From the NCBI GenBank assembly GCA_003193925.1, contig PSPG01000008.1, positions 32,001 to 96,000 on the forward strand: 64,000 nt of DNA. The letters are read 5' to 3'. The notes beneath the pieces are model-generated. The model made no database searches, was not told the origin of the DNA, and worked only from the letters and a program-made list of their open reading frames with translations. Each line of letters starts with the position of its first letter. Within the stretch, counting starts at the first letter, position 1. A program made the position numbers and the translations under genes. Below, piece by piece: positions 29,918-40,054 of the stretch. The stretch is from Candidatus Thalassarchaeum betae (GTDB lineage Archaea; Thermoplasmatota; Poseidoniia; Poseidoniales; Thalassarchaeaceae).

Positions 29918-31237
29918 GTGCTCGGAGGCAGTGACGTGGGAGAAGGGAGTCGGCACACTGCTCTGAACCCCTCCGCGCAGATCGCGAAGGAGGCCCGGAA
30001 GCGCGTCAGGGCCGAGCCGGCGCGCAAGGGAGAGCCATCATTCCACATGACTGAGGAAATGCGCAGGCTCTCCACTCCGTGGTACGTGGCGCTCGCCCGC
30101 GCCCGGCGGATCGATTCCTCGGTTCTGCCGGCCGGCGTAATCCTAGACGCTGCGGCCGGATCCGGCCTGCAGTTGGTCGCTTACTCGCGCGAGCTCAAAC
30201 GGCCTGCTCTCGGGGTCGAGATGGACGGTAACATAGCGGTCCTGTGCGCGGCTAACATGCACATCAACTCGGACGAGGGCGACCTCCAGCGCTCGATGGA
30301 TCGTGTCATCATAGGTGACGGGTCGGATGCTGAGGGTGCCATCACGGAGTACTGGAACAGCCTCCGCGAGGCTGGAACCCGGGCGCATCCACCGATTGCG
30401 ATGCTCCACCTCGACCCCGCGCGCCCGCCCGATGCCCAAGCCCATGATGTGGACGAGATGCAGCCTGCCATCGGACCCGTGCTGAGCTCATGGGGCAAAC
30501 ACTTGCAGAGCGGCCCGAGAGGACCGGCGGTGCTGCTCGATCTGTCACCGCGCCTCGGGGAGGAGCAGCAGGGCATAATCGATGCCATCGTCGAGGTCAC
30601 TTTCCCCGGAGTTAGTCGTACTTGGGAATGGCTCAGCCAAGGAGGAGGGAGAGTCGACCGGCTCTCGCTGTGGGTCGGGTCCCTGTCCTCAAAGAAGAGT
30701 CGTCGCTGCGTCAGGATGGGTACGAAGAACGTGCTCGCCACGATAGAGGGTGCTCCCGCGGGGTCCGAGGTAGTACAGATGAACACTCCCCCGCCCTTCG
30801 GCGCTTGGATGACTATCGTCGATCCGGCCCTCGTTCACAGTGGTCTGCAGGAGGCCTGGCTGAAGCGCGCCCTGCGAGAGGGCGGCGGCCACTCATGGCT
30901 ACGACTCGAGGGGCGACGCCCACTACTGATTCACACCGACCCCCTCAACGGCTCGGATGACGTCGGTGGATTCGTCGTTGCGAGCGGTGAGATAGTGCAG
31001 CACAGGCTCAGGCCGCCCGAGCTCCACACCATCGATCAGACCGCTGCCTCTGCGGCGAGAAACGGCATCGGCAAGGTCACTCTGCGCTGCAGCTTGGATC
31101 CTGACATCCATCCGACGCTGCAACGCAGGCTGGACAGGGAGCTGAAGGAAGTCGACGGCGCGAGGGGGTTCATGGTCGACATCGATCTCGAGCGCGGCTC
31201 CGGAAGCCACAAGCTGTACGTAGTCTGTAAGGGATAA
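29918..31237 (+). CDS. Class I SAM-dependent methyltransferase-like protein with THUMP-like C-terminus
   Basis: 'ILDAAAGSG', 'LHLDPAR', 'DLSPRL', 'EWLS'; start uncertain. Confidence 0.65.
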   Translation: MLGGSDVGEGSRHTALNPSAQIAKEARKRVRAEPARKGEPSFHMTEEMRRLSTPWYVALARARRIDSSVLPAGVILDAAAGSGLQLVAYSRELKRPALGVEMDGNIAVLCAANMHINSDEGDLQRSMDRVIIGDGSDAEGAITEYWNSLREAGTRAHPPIAMLHLDPARPPDAQAHDVDEMQPAIGPVLSSWGKHLQSGPRGPAVLLDLSPRLGEEQQGIIDAIVEVTFPGVSRTWEWLSQGGGRVDRLSLWVGSLSSKKSRRCVRMGTKNVLATIEGAPAGSEVVQMNTPPPFGAWMTIVDPALVHSGLQEAWLKRALREGGGHSWLRLEGRRPLLIHTDPLNGSDDVGGFVVASGEIVQHRLRPPELHTIDQTAASAARNGIGKVTLRCSLDPDIHPTLQRRLDRELKEVDGARGFMVDIDLERGSGSHKLYVVCKG

Positions 31238-31352
31238 TCCCGGCGCTTCCGGGCGCCCCGTAGGGGCGTCCAATCGGTTCAAATAGGGAAGGCAGGTCGC
31301 CGAGATGCCCAATGGGCCACCGGGTAACCGGTGAACACGGGGGAACCGTACA

Positions 31353-31814
31353 ATGCCGAAAGAAGCGGAACTTGGAGATGACTTCTCCTACATTCTCCGT
31401 ATGGCTAACAGTGACATCGACGGGCTGAGGCCAATCACCATCGGCCTAACATCCATCAAGGGCGTGGGAATGCGCACTTCCCAGCAGATCTGTCGCTTGG
31501 CTGGAATCGATGGGAAGACGCTGGGCGGTCATCTCTCCGACGATGAGCAGGACAACCTGCGAAGTGCGATCGACGACTACGCCACCACCGTGCCGTGGTG
31601 GCTCGTCAATCGGCAGCGTGACCTTGGAACCAACGAGGATGCTCACATCGTCGCGATGGAGGTCAAGATGACCCGCGACGACGACATATCCCGAATGGCC
31701 GGGATCAAGGCCTACAGGGGAATGAGGCACAGGAGCGGCCACAAGGTCCGCGGACAGCGCCTCAGATCGAATGGTCGCAAGGGATCATCACTCGGTGTCG
31801 AGAGGAAGAAGTGA
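31353..31814 (+). CDS. rps13: 30S ribosomal protein S13 (uS13)
   Basis: 'LTSIKGVG', 'WWLVNRQRD', 'YRGMRHRSGHKVRGQR'. Confidence 0.97.
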   Translation: MPKEAELGDDFSYILRMANSDIDGLRPITIGLTSIKGVGMRTSQQICRLAGIDGKTLGGHLSDDEQDNLRSAIDDYATTVPWWLVNRQRDLGTNEDAHIVAMEVKMTRDDDISRMAGIKAYRGMRHRSGHKVRGQRLRSNGRKGSSLGVERKK

Positions 31815-31825
31815 GGTGCTGAAGC

Positions 31826-32506
31826 ATGGGACACCCTAAGTTCGCCAGACCAAAGACCCGCGCTCCGACTCATCCTTGGAAACAGGCTCGCATCGACGAG
31901 GAGCACGCCCTGAAGGACAAGTACGGGCTGAAGAAGGTCGGTGGCATGAAGGAGATCTGGCGAGAGAAGTCAGCTCTCCGCCGACACAGGAACCAAGCGA
32001 TGAAGCTCATCGGGAGGGTCGACATCACCGAGGCGCACTTCACCCGCGAGAAGGATGACCTAGTGGCCTCGTTGTGCCGAAAGGGGCTGCTCGCTGGGGG
32101 TGCTGGAATCGACGAAGTCCTGCAGATAACAGTCGAGCACATGCTCTCTCGGAGGATGCAGTCCGTCGTCTTCTACAAGGGACTGGTCCCTTCGATGAGG
32201 GCTGCTAGGAACCTGATAGTGCACGGTCACATCTCCATCGGCAAGCAGAGGATGACTGTTCCCGGTTATCACATCTTGAGGCACGAGGAGGACCTGCTCC
32301 AGTACTCGTCCAACTCTCCATTCGCTGACCCAGAGCACCCATTCCGCAAGGACATGGAAGAATTGAGGCTCACCATGGTCGCCGACGTAGATGAAGAAGA
32401 AGTCGAGCCTCTCCGCGAAGCGACTGAGGAGTTCGTCGAGGAGATCAAGTCCAAGGAGGCCGAGTTACCTAGCGTCGAGGACACCATTCCGAAGGAGGAT
32501 GACTGA
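31826..32506 (+). CDS. rps4: 30S ribosomal protein S4 (uS4)
   Basis: 'PTHPW', 'KYGLK', 'RRMQSVV', 'ARNLIVHGHI', 'VPGY'; acidic tail. Confidence 0.96.
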   Translation: MGHPKFARPKTRAPTHPWKQARIDEEHALKDKYGLKKVGGMKEIWREKSALRRHRNQAMKLIGRVDITEAHFTREKDDLVASLCRKGLLAGGAGIDEVLQITVEHMLSRRMQSVVFYKGLVPSMRAARNLIVHGHISIGKQRMTVPGYHILRHEEDLLQYSSNSPFADPEHPFRKDMEELRLTMVADVDEEEVEPLREATEEFVEEIKSKEAELPSVEDTIPKEDD

Positions 32507-32886
32507 TGTCACGCAAGGCGATTCTGCACATATTCACCACTCACAACAACGTGCTGATCACCGCGACTGACCTGACCGGCGCCGAGACCATCTGCAAGGT
32601 CTCCGGCGGCATGGTGACCAAGGGCGGAAGCGATTCAGGCAGCGGGTTCGCATCCACTAGGGCGGCCGAGAGGATCGCCGAGATGCTCGCCGAGAAGGGT
32701 TTCGACCAAGTCATCGTGAAGTACCGCGGCGCTGGGGGCAACCGCTCCCACAGCGCGCCCGGGGCGACCGCCGCAATCCGGGCTCTCACCCGAGCCGGAG
32801 TGACAATAACCCGAATCGAGGACGTGACCCCAATTGCGACCGACGGGACGAAGGGCAAGGGAGGGCGCAGAGGGCGCCGAGTGTGA
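32506..32886 (+). CDS. rps11: 30S ribosomal protein S11 (uS11)
   Basis: 'TDLTGAETI', 'IEDVTP', 'GGRRGRRV'. Confidence 0.96.
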   Translation: MSRKAILHIFTTHNNVLITATDLTGAETICKVSGGMVTKGGSDSGSGFASTRAAERIAEMLAEKGFDQVIVKYRGAGGNRSHSAPGATAAIRALTRAGVTITRIEDVTPIATDGTKGKGGRRGRRV

Positions 32887-32895
32887 GGTGAAATC

Positions 32896-33783
32896 ATGGT
32901 GAAGACGAAGATCATCGAAGAGAGCGACGAGAAAATCAGGATTCTGCTTACGGACACGGACCGAGCGTTCGTCAATTCGATTCGCCGCTCGCTGATCTCA
33001 GACACCCCGAAGATGGCGATAGACACCGTTCGATTCGAGATGGCTACCATCGAAATGGACGACGAAGTATGGGAGACGAACGGGCCTCTGCCCGACGAAA
33101 TGATCGCACAGAGGCTGGCCATGCTGCCCATACCGACCCGACATGACGAGTTCTACTTCCAGGACAGTTGCCCGAACTGCTCCGAACTAGTGGTCGAGGA
33201 CCGCGGCTGCCCGCTCTGCACGATGCTGTTCACATGCAAGACCTTCGGAACAGAAGAGGGCAGGATGGTCACCGCTGGAGACATGAACTTCCTCGGTGAA
33301 GACGACCTGAGCATTCCCGAGAAGTACCGCAGCATACCGATCACCAAGCTGTTCCGTGGCCAGATGATCGAGTTCTACGCGACTGCGGTCATGGGCCGCG
33401 GTCGAGACCATGCAAAGTGGTCTCCCGTCTGCGGAATCACATTCACCCCGAGATACGTCGGCGTCATCAACATCAAGACGAGGTCAAAGATGCTGTGGAA
33501 CCTCAACTTGAGCATCACCGCCAAGGACTTCGACAGCAACGGTCGTCTGGAGGACCTCGACAAGGTCGCTCAGCTGATTGAGGACCTACACCACGTCGGC
33601 GCTGGTACCGAGGAGTCGAGGGAGTTCAAGGACGCGGTCGTGGTGGAGGAGGTCCCGGGCGAGTTCATCCTGTCATTCGAGACGGATGGCTCGATAACCG
33701 CCAGAGTCGCCTTCGAGAAGGCCATCGAGGAGCTCTCAGGCCGCTTCGGAAAGATCGAGGAAGACCTCGCGGCGGTTCTCTGA
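32896..33783 (+). CDS. rpoD: DNA-directed RNA polymerase subunit D (Rpo3)
   Basis: 'VNSIRR', 'DEMIAQRLAMLP', CxxC..CxxC loop, 'GRGRDHAKWSP', 'ETDGS'; canonical S13-S4-S11-Rpo3 order. Confidence 0.95.
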   Translation: MVKTKIIEESDEKIRILLTDTDRAFVNSIRRSLISDTPKMAIDTVRFEMATIEMDDEVWETNGPLPDEMIAQRLAMLPIPTRHDEFYFQDSCPNCSELVVEDRGCPLCTMLFTCKTFGTEEGRMVTAGDMNFLGEDDLSIPEKYRSIPITKLFRGQMIEFYATAVMGRGRDHAKWSPVCGITFTPRYVGVINIKTRSKMLWNLNLSITAKDFDSNGRLEDLDKVAQLIEDLHHVGAGTEESREFKDAVVVEEVPGEFILSFETDGSITARVAFEKAIEELSGRFGKIEEDLAAVL

Positions 33784-33824
33784 GCCGGACGAGGATTCTT
33801 GGCTGGAACGCTGGATGAGGCACC

Positions 33825-34802
33825 ATGCCCACGTTTCTTGGTCGGGGAGAGTGCGGCGGCCACGTCACCCTTCTGTTCACGGTGAGCGACCAGTCTGACG
33901 ACCCCGTGGAGCAGGGCAGCCTGGGTGCAGGGCTCTGCGTCGAAGACGGGGTCGAGGCGATTGCACGAGGCGAGGAAGGGGGTCCCGGACTCTCCGTCAG
34001 GTTCGTTGACGCTGAAGCCGACCCTACGCTATACGAGGATGTCCTCGGGCTGCTGGTCGAGGAAGTACCCGAGGTCGGCGATGTCTCCTGGGAGATCAAC
34101 GTGAGACTGGCTCTGCCAACCTCTCAGGGGTTCGGAATGTCTGGCTCAGGCGCCATAGCCGCGGCCATGGCTTTCCAGAGAGCCATGGGACTGCCGCACG
34201 AAGAGAGTCTCAGGCGCTGTTACTCGGTCGCGCACAGGGTCGAGCGAGCGCGCTCGACCGGGCTCGGTGATGTCACGGCCCTCGCGGCCGGTGGGGTCGA
34301 ACGCAGGCTCGTTGCTGGCGCGCCGTACCACGGCGCCCTTCTGGAGAATGGCCCTGGGCGCGCCGAGGGCTGGACCTGCAATACTCCAGTCGTCCTCGCT
34401 TGGCGCCCGGACGCTGGCAAACACACATCTGGCTACATCGATAATGCTCAGTGGAAGAAATCCATCAGCGAGGCTGGTGCCAAGCAGATGGAGAGACTCT
34501 CCCTGGGGGAATGGGACCAGAGCCGCTGGTTGGGGCTGATGGATGCGGCGCATGCCTTCGCTGAGGACAGCGGGCTGCTGAAAGACGCCTCGCGCACCGA
34601 GTTGCTTTCCACCGCCAGCGAGGTCATCGAAGTCAGCGGGATGAGGGATGAAGCGAGCGCTCTGCTATGCATGCTGGGAGAGAGCGTGGCGGTAGTTCCG
34701 ACCGATCCCGAAGATGAGGATTCAGGGCTCAGTGCGTTGGTTCCAGAGTTGGAGCAAGCCGGTCTGGAGTCGATCATGACCAGAGTCGGCGAACTCTCAT
34801 GA
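33825..34802 (+). CDS. Pantoate kinase (GHMP family)
   Basis: 'GHVTLLF', 'GSLGAG', 'PTSQGFGMSGSGA', 'TGLGDV', 'MLGESV'. Confidence 0.88.
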   Translation: MPTFLGRGECGGHVTLLFTVSDQSDDPVEQGSLGAGLCVEDGVEAIARGEEGGPGLSVRFVDAEADPTLYEDVLGLLVEEVPEVGDVSWEINVRLALPTSQGFGMSGSGAIAAAMAFQRAMGLPHEESLRRCYSVAHRVERARSTGLGDVTALAAGGVERRLVAGAPYHGALLENGPGRAEGWTCNTPVVLAWRPDAGKHTSGYIDNAQWKKSISEAGAKQMERLSLGEWDQSRWLGLMDAAHAFAEDSGLLKDASRTELLSTASEVIEVSGMRDEASALLCMLGESVAVVPTDPEDEDSGLSALVPELEQAGLESIMTRVGELS

Positions 34803-35855
34803 GCCGTATCTGGCATTCTCGTGGAAGTCTTTCAGAGGCTTTAGGTCCAACGGACTCGCGTCGAGCTGAATAGCCCCCTTGAGCTTCAGCCCGCCACAGA
34901 ATCCATGACGGTAGACTATGGCGCCCTGACCGTACTCGGCGACGTACCTGTTGATCTGCTTCTGGGTCTTCTTCTTGGGGAACTTGAGATCGGCACCAAA
35001 GAAGTGCTTGGCATCGATCCACGCACAAGGGATGCCGTTGATTCTCACGTAGTCCAGAAGGAGCAGGTCGGGCGTGATGATGGCTCTGCCCTCGCTCACC
35101 TTCTGCTCTGCCAGAAGATCCTCCTGACGACGGAACCTCACTCCGACGGAGGAGAAGTAATCGCACAGGACGTCCTCGAAGACCTCGGCGGCGTTCTGGG
35201 TCTCTGTCTGGTTCACCGAGCTCACCCTGTCTACTGACTCTGCGAGCTCGAACTGTTCGCGGTCGCGCTTGTTCAGTCTCGAGGGATTCTTGTTGAGCGT
35301 CTCCTTGATCCTATTCTTCGTCCATCCCCTCCCAGTAAGGACGGCTCGGAAGGTGTTGACGGGTGGTGCGTCAAAGCGCTTGGAGAGGGCGATGACGCTC
35401 TCGCCTGCGTTGTAACGCCGGCTGAGCTCGTTCGCTCGGCGCATCAGGCTAGAATGCGAGTAGACGCTCTTCTCCTGATTCAAGGCACTGCGCAGCGACA
35501 GGGCCTGCTCGATGGTTATCGGCAGGTCGTCTAGTTTGGAGGCGATCTCCTGGACCCTCTCCTCGGGAAGGAAGCCGAACTCCCCTGGTATGCATGCGAT
35601 TTTACCGGCCTTGCGTTGTACTTCCTTGGAGACCGGGTTGATCCGCCACCGGAGATCAATCCTCCGAGGGGGCGGGTCGATCTCCTTCGGGATACCCATC
35701 GGTCGGGGCTTAGCGGAGAAGCGAGCGAGCGCACGCTCGACCTCTTCGGATACAGTCGCCGTACTCGGCTCCTCGGGAGGACGGACGCCGCTCCCGGAGC
35801 GCCGGCGGCGTCGGCGGCGCCGTCGCTGCCGATTGCCACTCTTCTCCTCACTCAA
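34797..35855 (-). CDS. TPD-domain PD-(D/E)xK nuclease, CDIN1/C15orf41-like
   Basis: 'FEDVL', 'TPDLLL...INGIPCAWIDAKHFFG', 'QINRYVAEYGQGAIVY..GF'; TTG 35855 start avoids overlap with the upstream gene. Confidence 0.78.
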   Translation of the reverse strand: MSEEKSGNRQRRRRRRRRRSGSGVRPPEEPSTATVSEEVERALARFSAKPRPMGIPKEIDPPPRRIDLRWRINPVSKEVQRKAGKIACIPGEFGFLPEERVQEIASKLDDLPITIEQALSLRSALNQEKSVYSHSSLMRRANELSRRYNAGESVIALSKRFDAPPVNTFRAVLTGRGWTKNRIKETLNKNPSRLNKRDREQFELAESVDRVSSVNQTETQNAAEVFEDVLCDYFSSVGVRFRRQEDLLAEQKVSEGRAIITPDLLLLDYVRINGIPCAWIDAKHFFGADLKFPKKKTQKQINRYVAEYGQGAIVYRHGFCGGLKLKGAIQLDASPLDLKPLKDFHENARYGS

Positions 35856-35908
35856 CGAGCCACCCCAGCCGAAGGAACCCCATGAACCCACCGAATATGC
35901 AGGTAGAG

Positions 35909-36241
35909 TCAGCGCCCGCTCGCGTAGACGTCGTAGCACAGGTCTCTGATCGGTCCCGGAATCAGCCACATCGCTGCAGCGAGGAGCCACGGGAATCCCA
36001 TTCTGAGCGCGATTCGGGATACTGCGGCGCTCTTTGCATACCACTCCCCATCCTCGGTGATGATGAACACAGAATCCACCCCCATCAGCTTGGCCGGTCT
36101 GGAGTCCATCAGTGAACGGCCTTCCTCAGTCTGCTGGCCAAGCGTTCTGAGCCTCGCGCTGCGATTGCGTCGCTCGACGAAGCGAGCCCAGCGGCTGCAC
36201 TTACCACAGGCGTCGTCGTAGAGCACGGTGGCCTGCGTCAT
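35909..36241 (-). CDS. DCC family (DUF393) thiol-disulfide oxidoreductase
   Basis: 'VLYDDACGKC', 'IRDLCYD'. Confidence 0.88.
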   Translation of the reverse strand: MTQATVLYDDACGKCSRWARFVERRNRSARLRTLGQQTEEGRSLMDSRPAKLMGVDSVFIITEDGEWYAKSAAVSRIALRMGFPWLLAAAMWLIPGPIRDLCYDVYASGR

Positions 36242-36249
36242 CGGCTCAC

Positions 36250-39105
36250 CTACAGGAAAGCGATGCCGGGCTCCAACGGGAACGCGACACGGGCCTTACC
36301 CGCCACATCCTCACCATCTCCTACCGAGTATGCCTCGACCGAGTCGACGTCCAGCGCGGCGGCGAGGAAGCCGGCGTTAGCAGCGAGGATCCCGGCTTCG
36401 TCGAGGCCGCTGGAGATCAGCGTCCTCTCGCCATCAGACCAAGTGTGAATGCGGCCGCGCTTCTTCTTGCTGCCTGTCGTCATGGCCATCCAAGTCTGGA
36501 AAATCTCGCCTCGCAATGCCTCATTCTTGAATATCTCGAGGGACTGCAGGTGCGCCTGTCCCTGAGCCTTGAAGTCGAAGCCTTCCGAGTCGAGTCGGAT
36601 CGCGTCTTGAGCGAGCTCGGCCTTCCATGCGACTGCAGTCTGGATGACGACCCGACTGATTTCACCCTCTGTGTGGCGCTCGGCTAGGCCGCGCAGGTTG
36701 CGCGCGCTGTCGATTACGTTGCGCAGGTAGGTCTCGCGAGCGAGGACAGCGGTGTCGCCTACGGACTCACCGGCGTCGGGCAACACCAGCGTAGCCAGCA
36801 GACCCTCGCCGCCAGTCATCTGCCAGAACTCCTCGGCTACATGGGGAGTCGCCGGAGAGAGCATGGGTATCCATCCCTTCAGGAAGGCACTGGCAGTGGC
36901 TCGGTCGCAACCTCCTCGATGCCGATACCAGTTCCAATCTGAGAGCATCTCGAAGTGGCTCACCATCACTCCCTCACGAAGGCTGACGTTGCCCATCGCC
37001 TCACGCCACGCGCGTTGATTAGCGCGCAGTCTAGCGTTCAGCCAGTCGTCCATAGGACCCGGCGAGTCGTCCATGGAGAGCGCCGAGTCGACGGCGTCGA
37101 TAATCACGTGCATCTGTCGATGGTTCGCCTCCAGAGCGCTGTCAGACCAGTCCATGCCCGCCTCAGGGTTGGCTCCGAACAGAATGAACAGACGAATCGT
37201 GTCGGCGCCGTAGCGTCCGAGCATATCCCCCGGGCTGATTGTGTTGCCAAGCGACTTGCCCATCTTGGCGGAGCGTGTGCCTAGAGGCTTGCCGCAGGTC
37301 GGGCAGTCACCGCCGAAGTTGTCGACGTGATACTCGGCGTTGCAGTCGGCGCAGAAGGGCGCGGGAGCGTTCAGCATCCCCTGGCAGATCAGTCGGCCGA
37401 AGGGCTCGCCGACCGCGTTCATCCCGGCGTCGCGGGTCGCCTTGGTGAAGAAGCGGGCGTAGAGGAGGTGCATGACAGCGTGCTCGATGCCGCCGATGTA
37501 CAGATCAACGCCGTCGTCCATCCAGTAGTCGACTGTCTCGCGGTCGAAGGGCGCGGCGTCGTTGCTCGCGTCACAGAAGCGCATGAAGTACCACGAGGAG
37601 TCGTAGAACGTGTCCATCGTGTCCGTCTCGCGCTTGGCAGCGCCTTCGCACGAGGGGCATGTGGTGTTGACGAAGGCATCGTGAGATGCCAGAGGGTTGC
37701 CGCTCTGCTCCTCGCTGAAGGTCACGTCGAGCGGTAACTCGACTGGCAAATCGGCCGCTGGCACGGGCACGATGCCGCAGGCCTCGCAGTGAATCATCGG
37801 AATCGGCGTGCCCCAGAAGCGCTGGCGGCTCAACAGCCAGTCCTTGAGCCGGTACTCGATCGTGCCGTAGCCTGAGCCGTGGCCCTCAAGCGCGGCTATC
37901 ACAGCATCCTTGGCCTCGTCGCCGGCCAACCCATCGAAGGCATCACGACCGGAGTTGACCATTGGGCCGTAGCCCTCGAAGGCCCCGCTGAGCGCGGCAT
38001 CTGGGTCGTCGCCGGCTCGCTCAAGCAGCACACGCCTGATCTCGATGTCGTACCTCTCGGCGAAGTCGTAGTCGCGCTGGTCGTGCCCCGGCACGGCCAT
38101 CACAGCGCCGGTGCCATAGGAGGCGACGACGAAGTTGCCGGCGTAGATGGGCACCTCCTCGCCGTTCAGCGGGTTGATCGCGTGGCGGCCGAGGAAGACG
38201 CCCTTCTTCTCCTTCAGCATGTTGATGCGCTCGAACTCGGACATGCGCGCGCACTCGTCGCGAAGTTTGCTCCAGTCAGCCTCCCACTCGGTTCCCGCGC
38301 ACAGCTCCTCGCACAGCGGGTGCTCGGGCGAGAGGGTGACGAAGGTCACTCCGAAGATGGTGTCAGGCCGGGTGGTGAAGGTGCCGATGACGGCCTCAGA
38401 GCCGGCCACCGGGAAGTCGATGTGGGCGCCGTGGGAGCGGCCGATCCAGTTGCGCTGCATCGCCTTGACGTTCTCCGGGAAGGCGATGTTGTCGAGTTCG
38501 TCGAGCAACTCGTCGGAGTACTCGGTCATGCGCAGAAACCACTGCGCCATGTCCCTCTGCACGACCTCGAGGCCGCAGCGCCAGCAGCGGTTGTTCTTGA
38601 CCTGCTCGTTGGCGAGCACGGTGTCGCAGTCCACGCACCAGTTGACCGGTGCCATCCTGCGCTCGACCAGCCCGCGCTCGTTGAGCATCAGGAACATTCG
38701 CTGGTTCCAGTGGTAGTAGTCGACATCCGAGGTCGCGAGGAAGCGCCGCCAGTCGTACGAGTAACCCATCCGCTCCTGGTCGGCGCGGATGCTGGCGATG
38801 TTGCGGTGAGTCACCGTGTGCGGGTGCCCGCCCTCCTTCTTCGCCGCGTTCTCGGCGGGCATCCCGAACGAGTCGTAGCCCATTGGGTAGAGCACGTTGC
38901 TCCCCATTAGCCGGTGGAAGCGCGCCATGGCGTCGCCGATCGAGTAGTTCCGTACATGACCCATGTGCATGCTTCCGGAGGGGTAGGGGAACATCTCGAG
39001 GCAGTAGAACTTCGGTTTGGAGGAGTCGACTTCGACTTCGAAGGCACCAGCATCCGCCCACGCCTTCTGCCAGCGGGCCTCTACCTCTTGCGCGTCGTAT
39101 GCCAT
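36250..39105 (-). CDS. leuS: Leucine--tRNA ligase (bacterial-type core)
   Basis: 'YCLEMFPYPSG.MHMGH', editing 'TTRPDT' and 'GTGAVMAVPGHD', 'SRQRFWG', 'YIGGIEHA', 'KMGKS'. Confidence 0.96.
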   Translation of the reverse strand: MAYDAQEVEARWQKAWADAGAFEVEVDSSKPKFYCLEMFPYPSGSMHMGHVRNYSIGDAMARFHRLMGSNVLYPMGYDSFGMPAENAAKKEGGHPHTVTHRNIASIRADQERMGYSYDWRRFLATSDVDYYHWNQRMFLMLNERGLVERRMAPVNWCVDCDTVLANEQVKNNRCWRCGLEVVQRDMAQWFLRMTEYSDELLDELDNIAFPENVKAMQRNWIGRSHGAHIDFPVAGSEAVIGTFTTRPDTIFGVTFVTLSPEHPLCEELCAGTEWEADWSKLRDECARMSEFERINMLKEKKGVFLGRHAINPLNGEEVPIYAGNFVVASYGTGAVMAVPGHDQRDYDFAERYDIEIRRVLLERAGDDPDAALSGAFEGYGPMVNSGRDAFDGLAGDEAKDAVIAALEGHGSGYGTIEYRLKDWLLSRQRFWGTPIPMIHCEACGIVPVPAADLPVELPLDVTFSEEQSGNPLASHDAFVNTTCPSCEGAAKRETDTMDTFYDSSWYFMRFCDASNDAAPFDRETVDYWMDDGVDLYIGGIEHAVMHLLYARFFTKATRDAGMNAVGEPFGRLICQGMLNAPAPFCADCNAEYHVDNFGGDCPTCGKPLGTRSAKMGKSLGNTISPGDMLGRYGADTIRLFILFGANPEAGMDWSDSALEANHRQMHVIIDAVDSALSMDDSPGPMDDWLNARLRANQRAWREAMGNVSLREGVMVSHFEMLSDWNWYRHRGGCDRATASAFLKGWIPMLSPATPHVAEEFWQMTGGEGLLATLVLPDAGESVGDTAVLARETYLRNVIDSARNLRGLAERHTEGEISRVVIQTAVAWKAELAQDAIRLDSEGFDFKAQGQAHLQSLEIFKNEALRGEIFQTWMAMTTGSKKKRGRIHTWSDGERTLISSGLDEAGILAANAGFLAAALDVDSVEAYSVGDGEDVAGKARVAFPLEPGIAFL

Positions 39106-39259
39106 TTCCTCACTCCCATCGGGCTTCGAGGGGAGCCATCAGGCTCCCCGCAGAAGCAGTAGAACGGGCGCGAGCCCGCCTAGCAGGGTATGTGAAGCGG
39201 GCTTTCGTGCCACGCCCCGCGACTCGGAGGCCACGCTTTGAAGCCTGCCCTGAGAGGGA

Positions 39260-40054
39260 GTGGCCGCCACACCTATGCGGCGTGGTCCGGTGGGTTGGGC
39301 GATGCTGGAGGACGGGGAGTTCGATGTGGCTGTCGCAGATGACGGCATCGAGGTCTGGGTCACCCAGATGGGCGGCTACATGAACATGAACACCGCATTC
39401 ATCGACAGGGCTGCCGGAATAGTCGCTATAGTCGACCCGTTCGATGCCAAGCGCTGGGTCGCGGCTCTGGCCGAGGAGGGGCTCTCGCCCACGCACCTGC
39501 TCTACACCCACACACATCGCGACCACACCGCCGGATACTCGATGATGCTCAACCTAGTCCCGGACGTCGAGGTCTGGGGGCACGAGGAGGCGCGGGTGCC
39601 GAGCCTGCTCAGCCATGTCGTATTCAAGAAGGTCGATTTCACCCACACCTGGGACAGCGAGCCGGACACCACCGTGGAGTGGTCTGCCGGATTGATCAGG
39701 CTCGGGGTCACGCATTCGCCCGGCCACGCCCCCGGCCACGTCACCTTCCACGGTCACGGAGTCTACCACGCCGGAGACCTACTGTTCACAGCGCACTCCG
39801 GGCGCGTCGACCTGCCCGGCAGCGACCCGCGTGCGCAGTGGAGGAGCGTGCTGTACGCGCGCGAGCTTCTCAGGGGATTGCCCGGTGACTGGAGGCTGAT
39901 CCCCGGGCACCGCTATGAGTGGATAGACGGCTCAACTCCTGACTGGGTAAGCCTCGAGCAGGCACTGGCGCACAACTTCTCGTTGAACTCGCCGGCGCTT
40001 GAGGCGTTCGAGCGACTGCCATGGCAGAGTTTCGATGATGATGTCAGCGCATGA
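39260..40054 (+). CDS. MBL-fold metallo-hydrolase (glyoxalase II-like)
   Basis: 'THTHRDH', 'SPGHAPG', 'GDLLF', 'PGH'. Confidence 0.88.
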   Translation: MAATPMRRGPVGWAMLEDGEFDVAVADDGIEVWVTQMGGYMNMNTAFIDRAAGIVAIVDPFDAKRWVAALAEEGLSPTHLLYTHTHRDHTAGYSMMLNLVPDVEVWGHEEARVPSLLSHVVFKKVDFTHTWDSEPDTTVEWSAGLIRLGVTHSPGHAPGHVTFHGHGVYHAGDLLFTAHSGRVDLPGSDPRAQWRSVLYARELLRGLPGDWRLIPGHRYEWIDGSTPDWVSLEQALAHNFSLNSPALEAFERLPWQSFDDDVSA

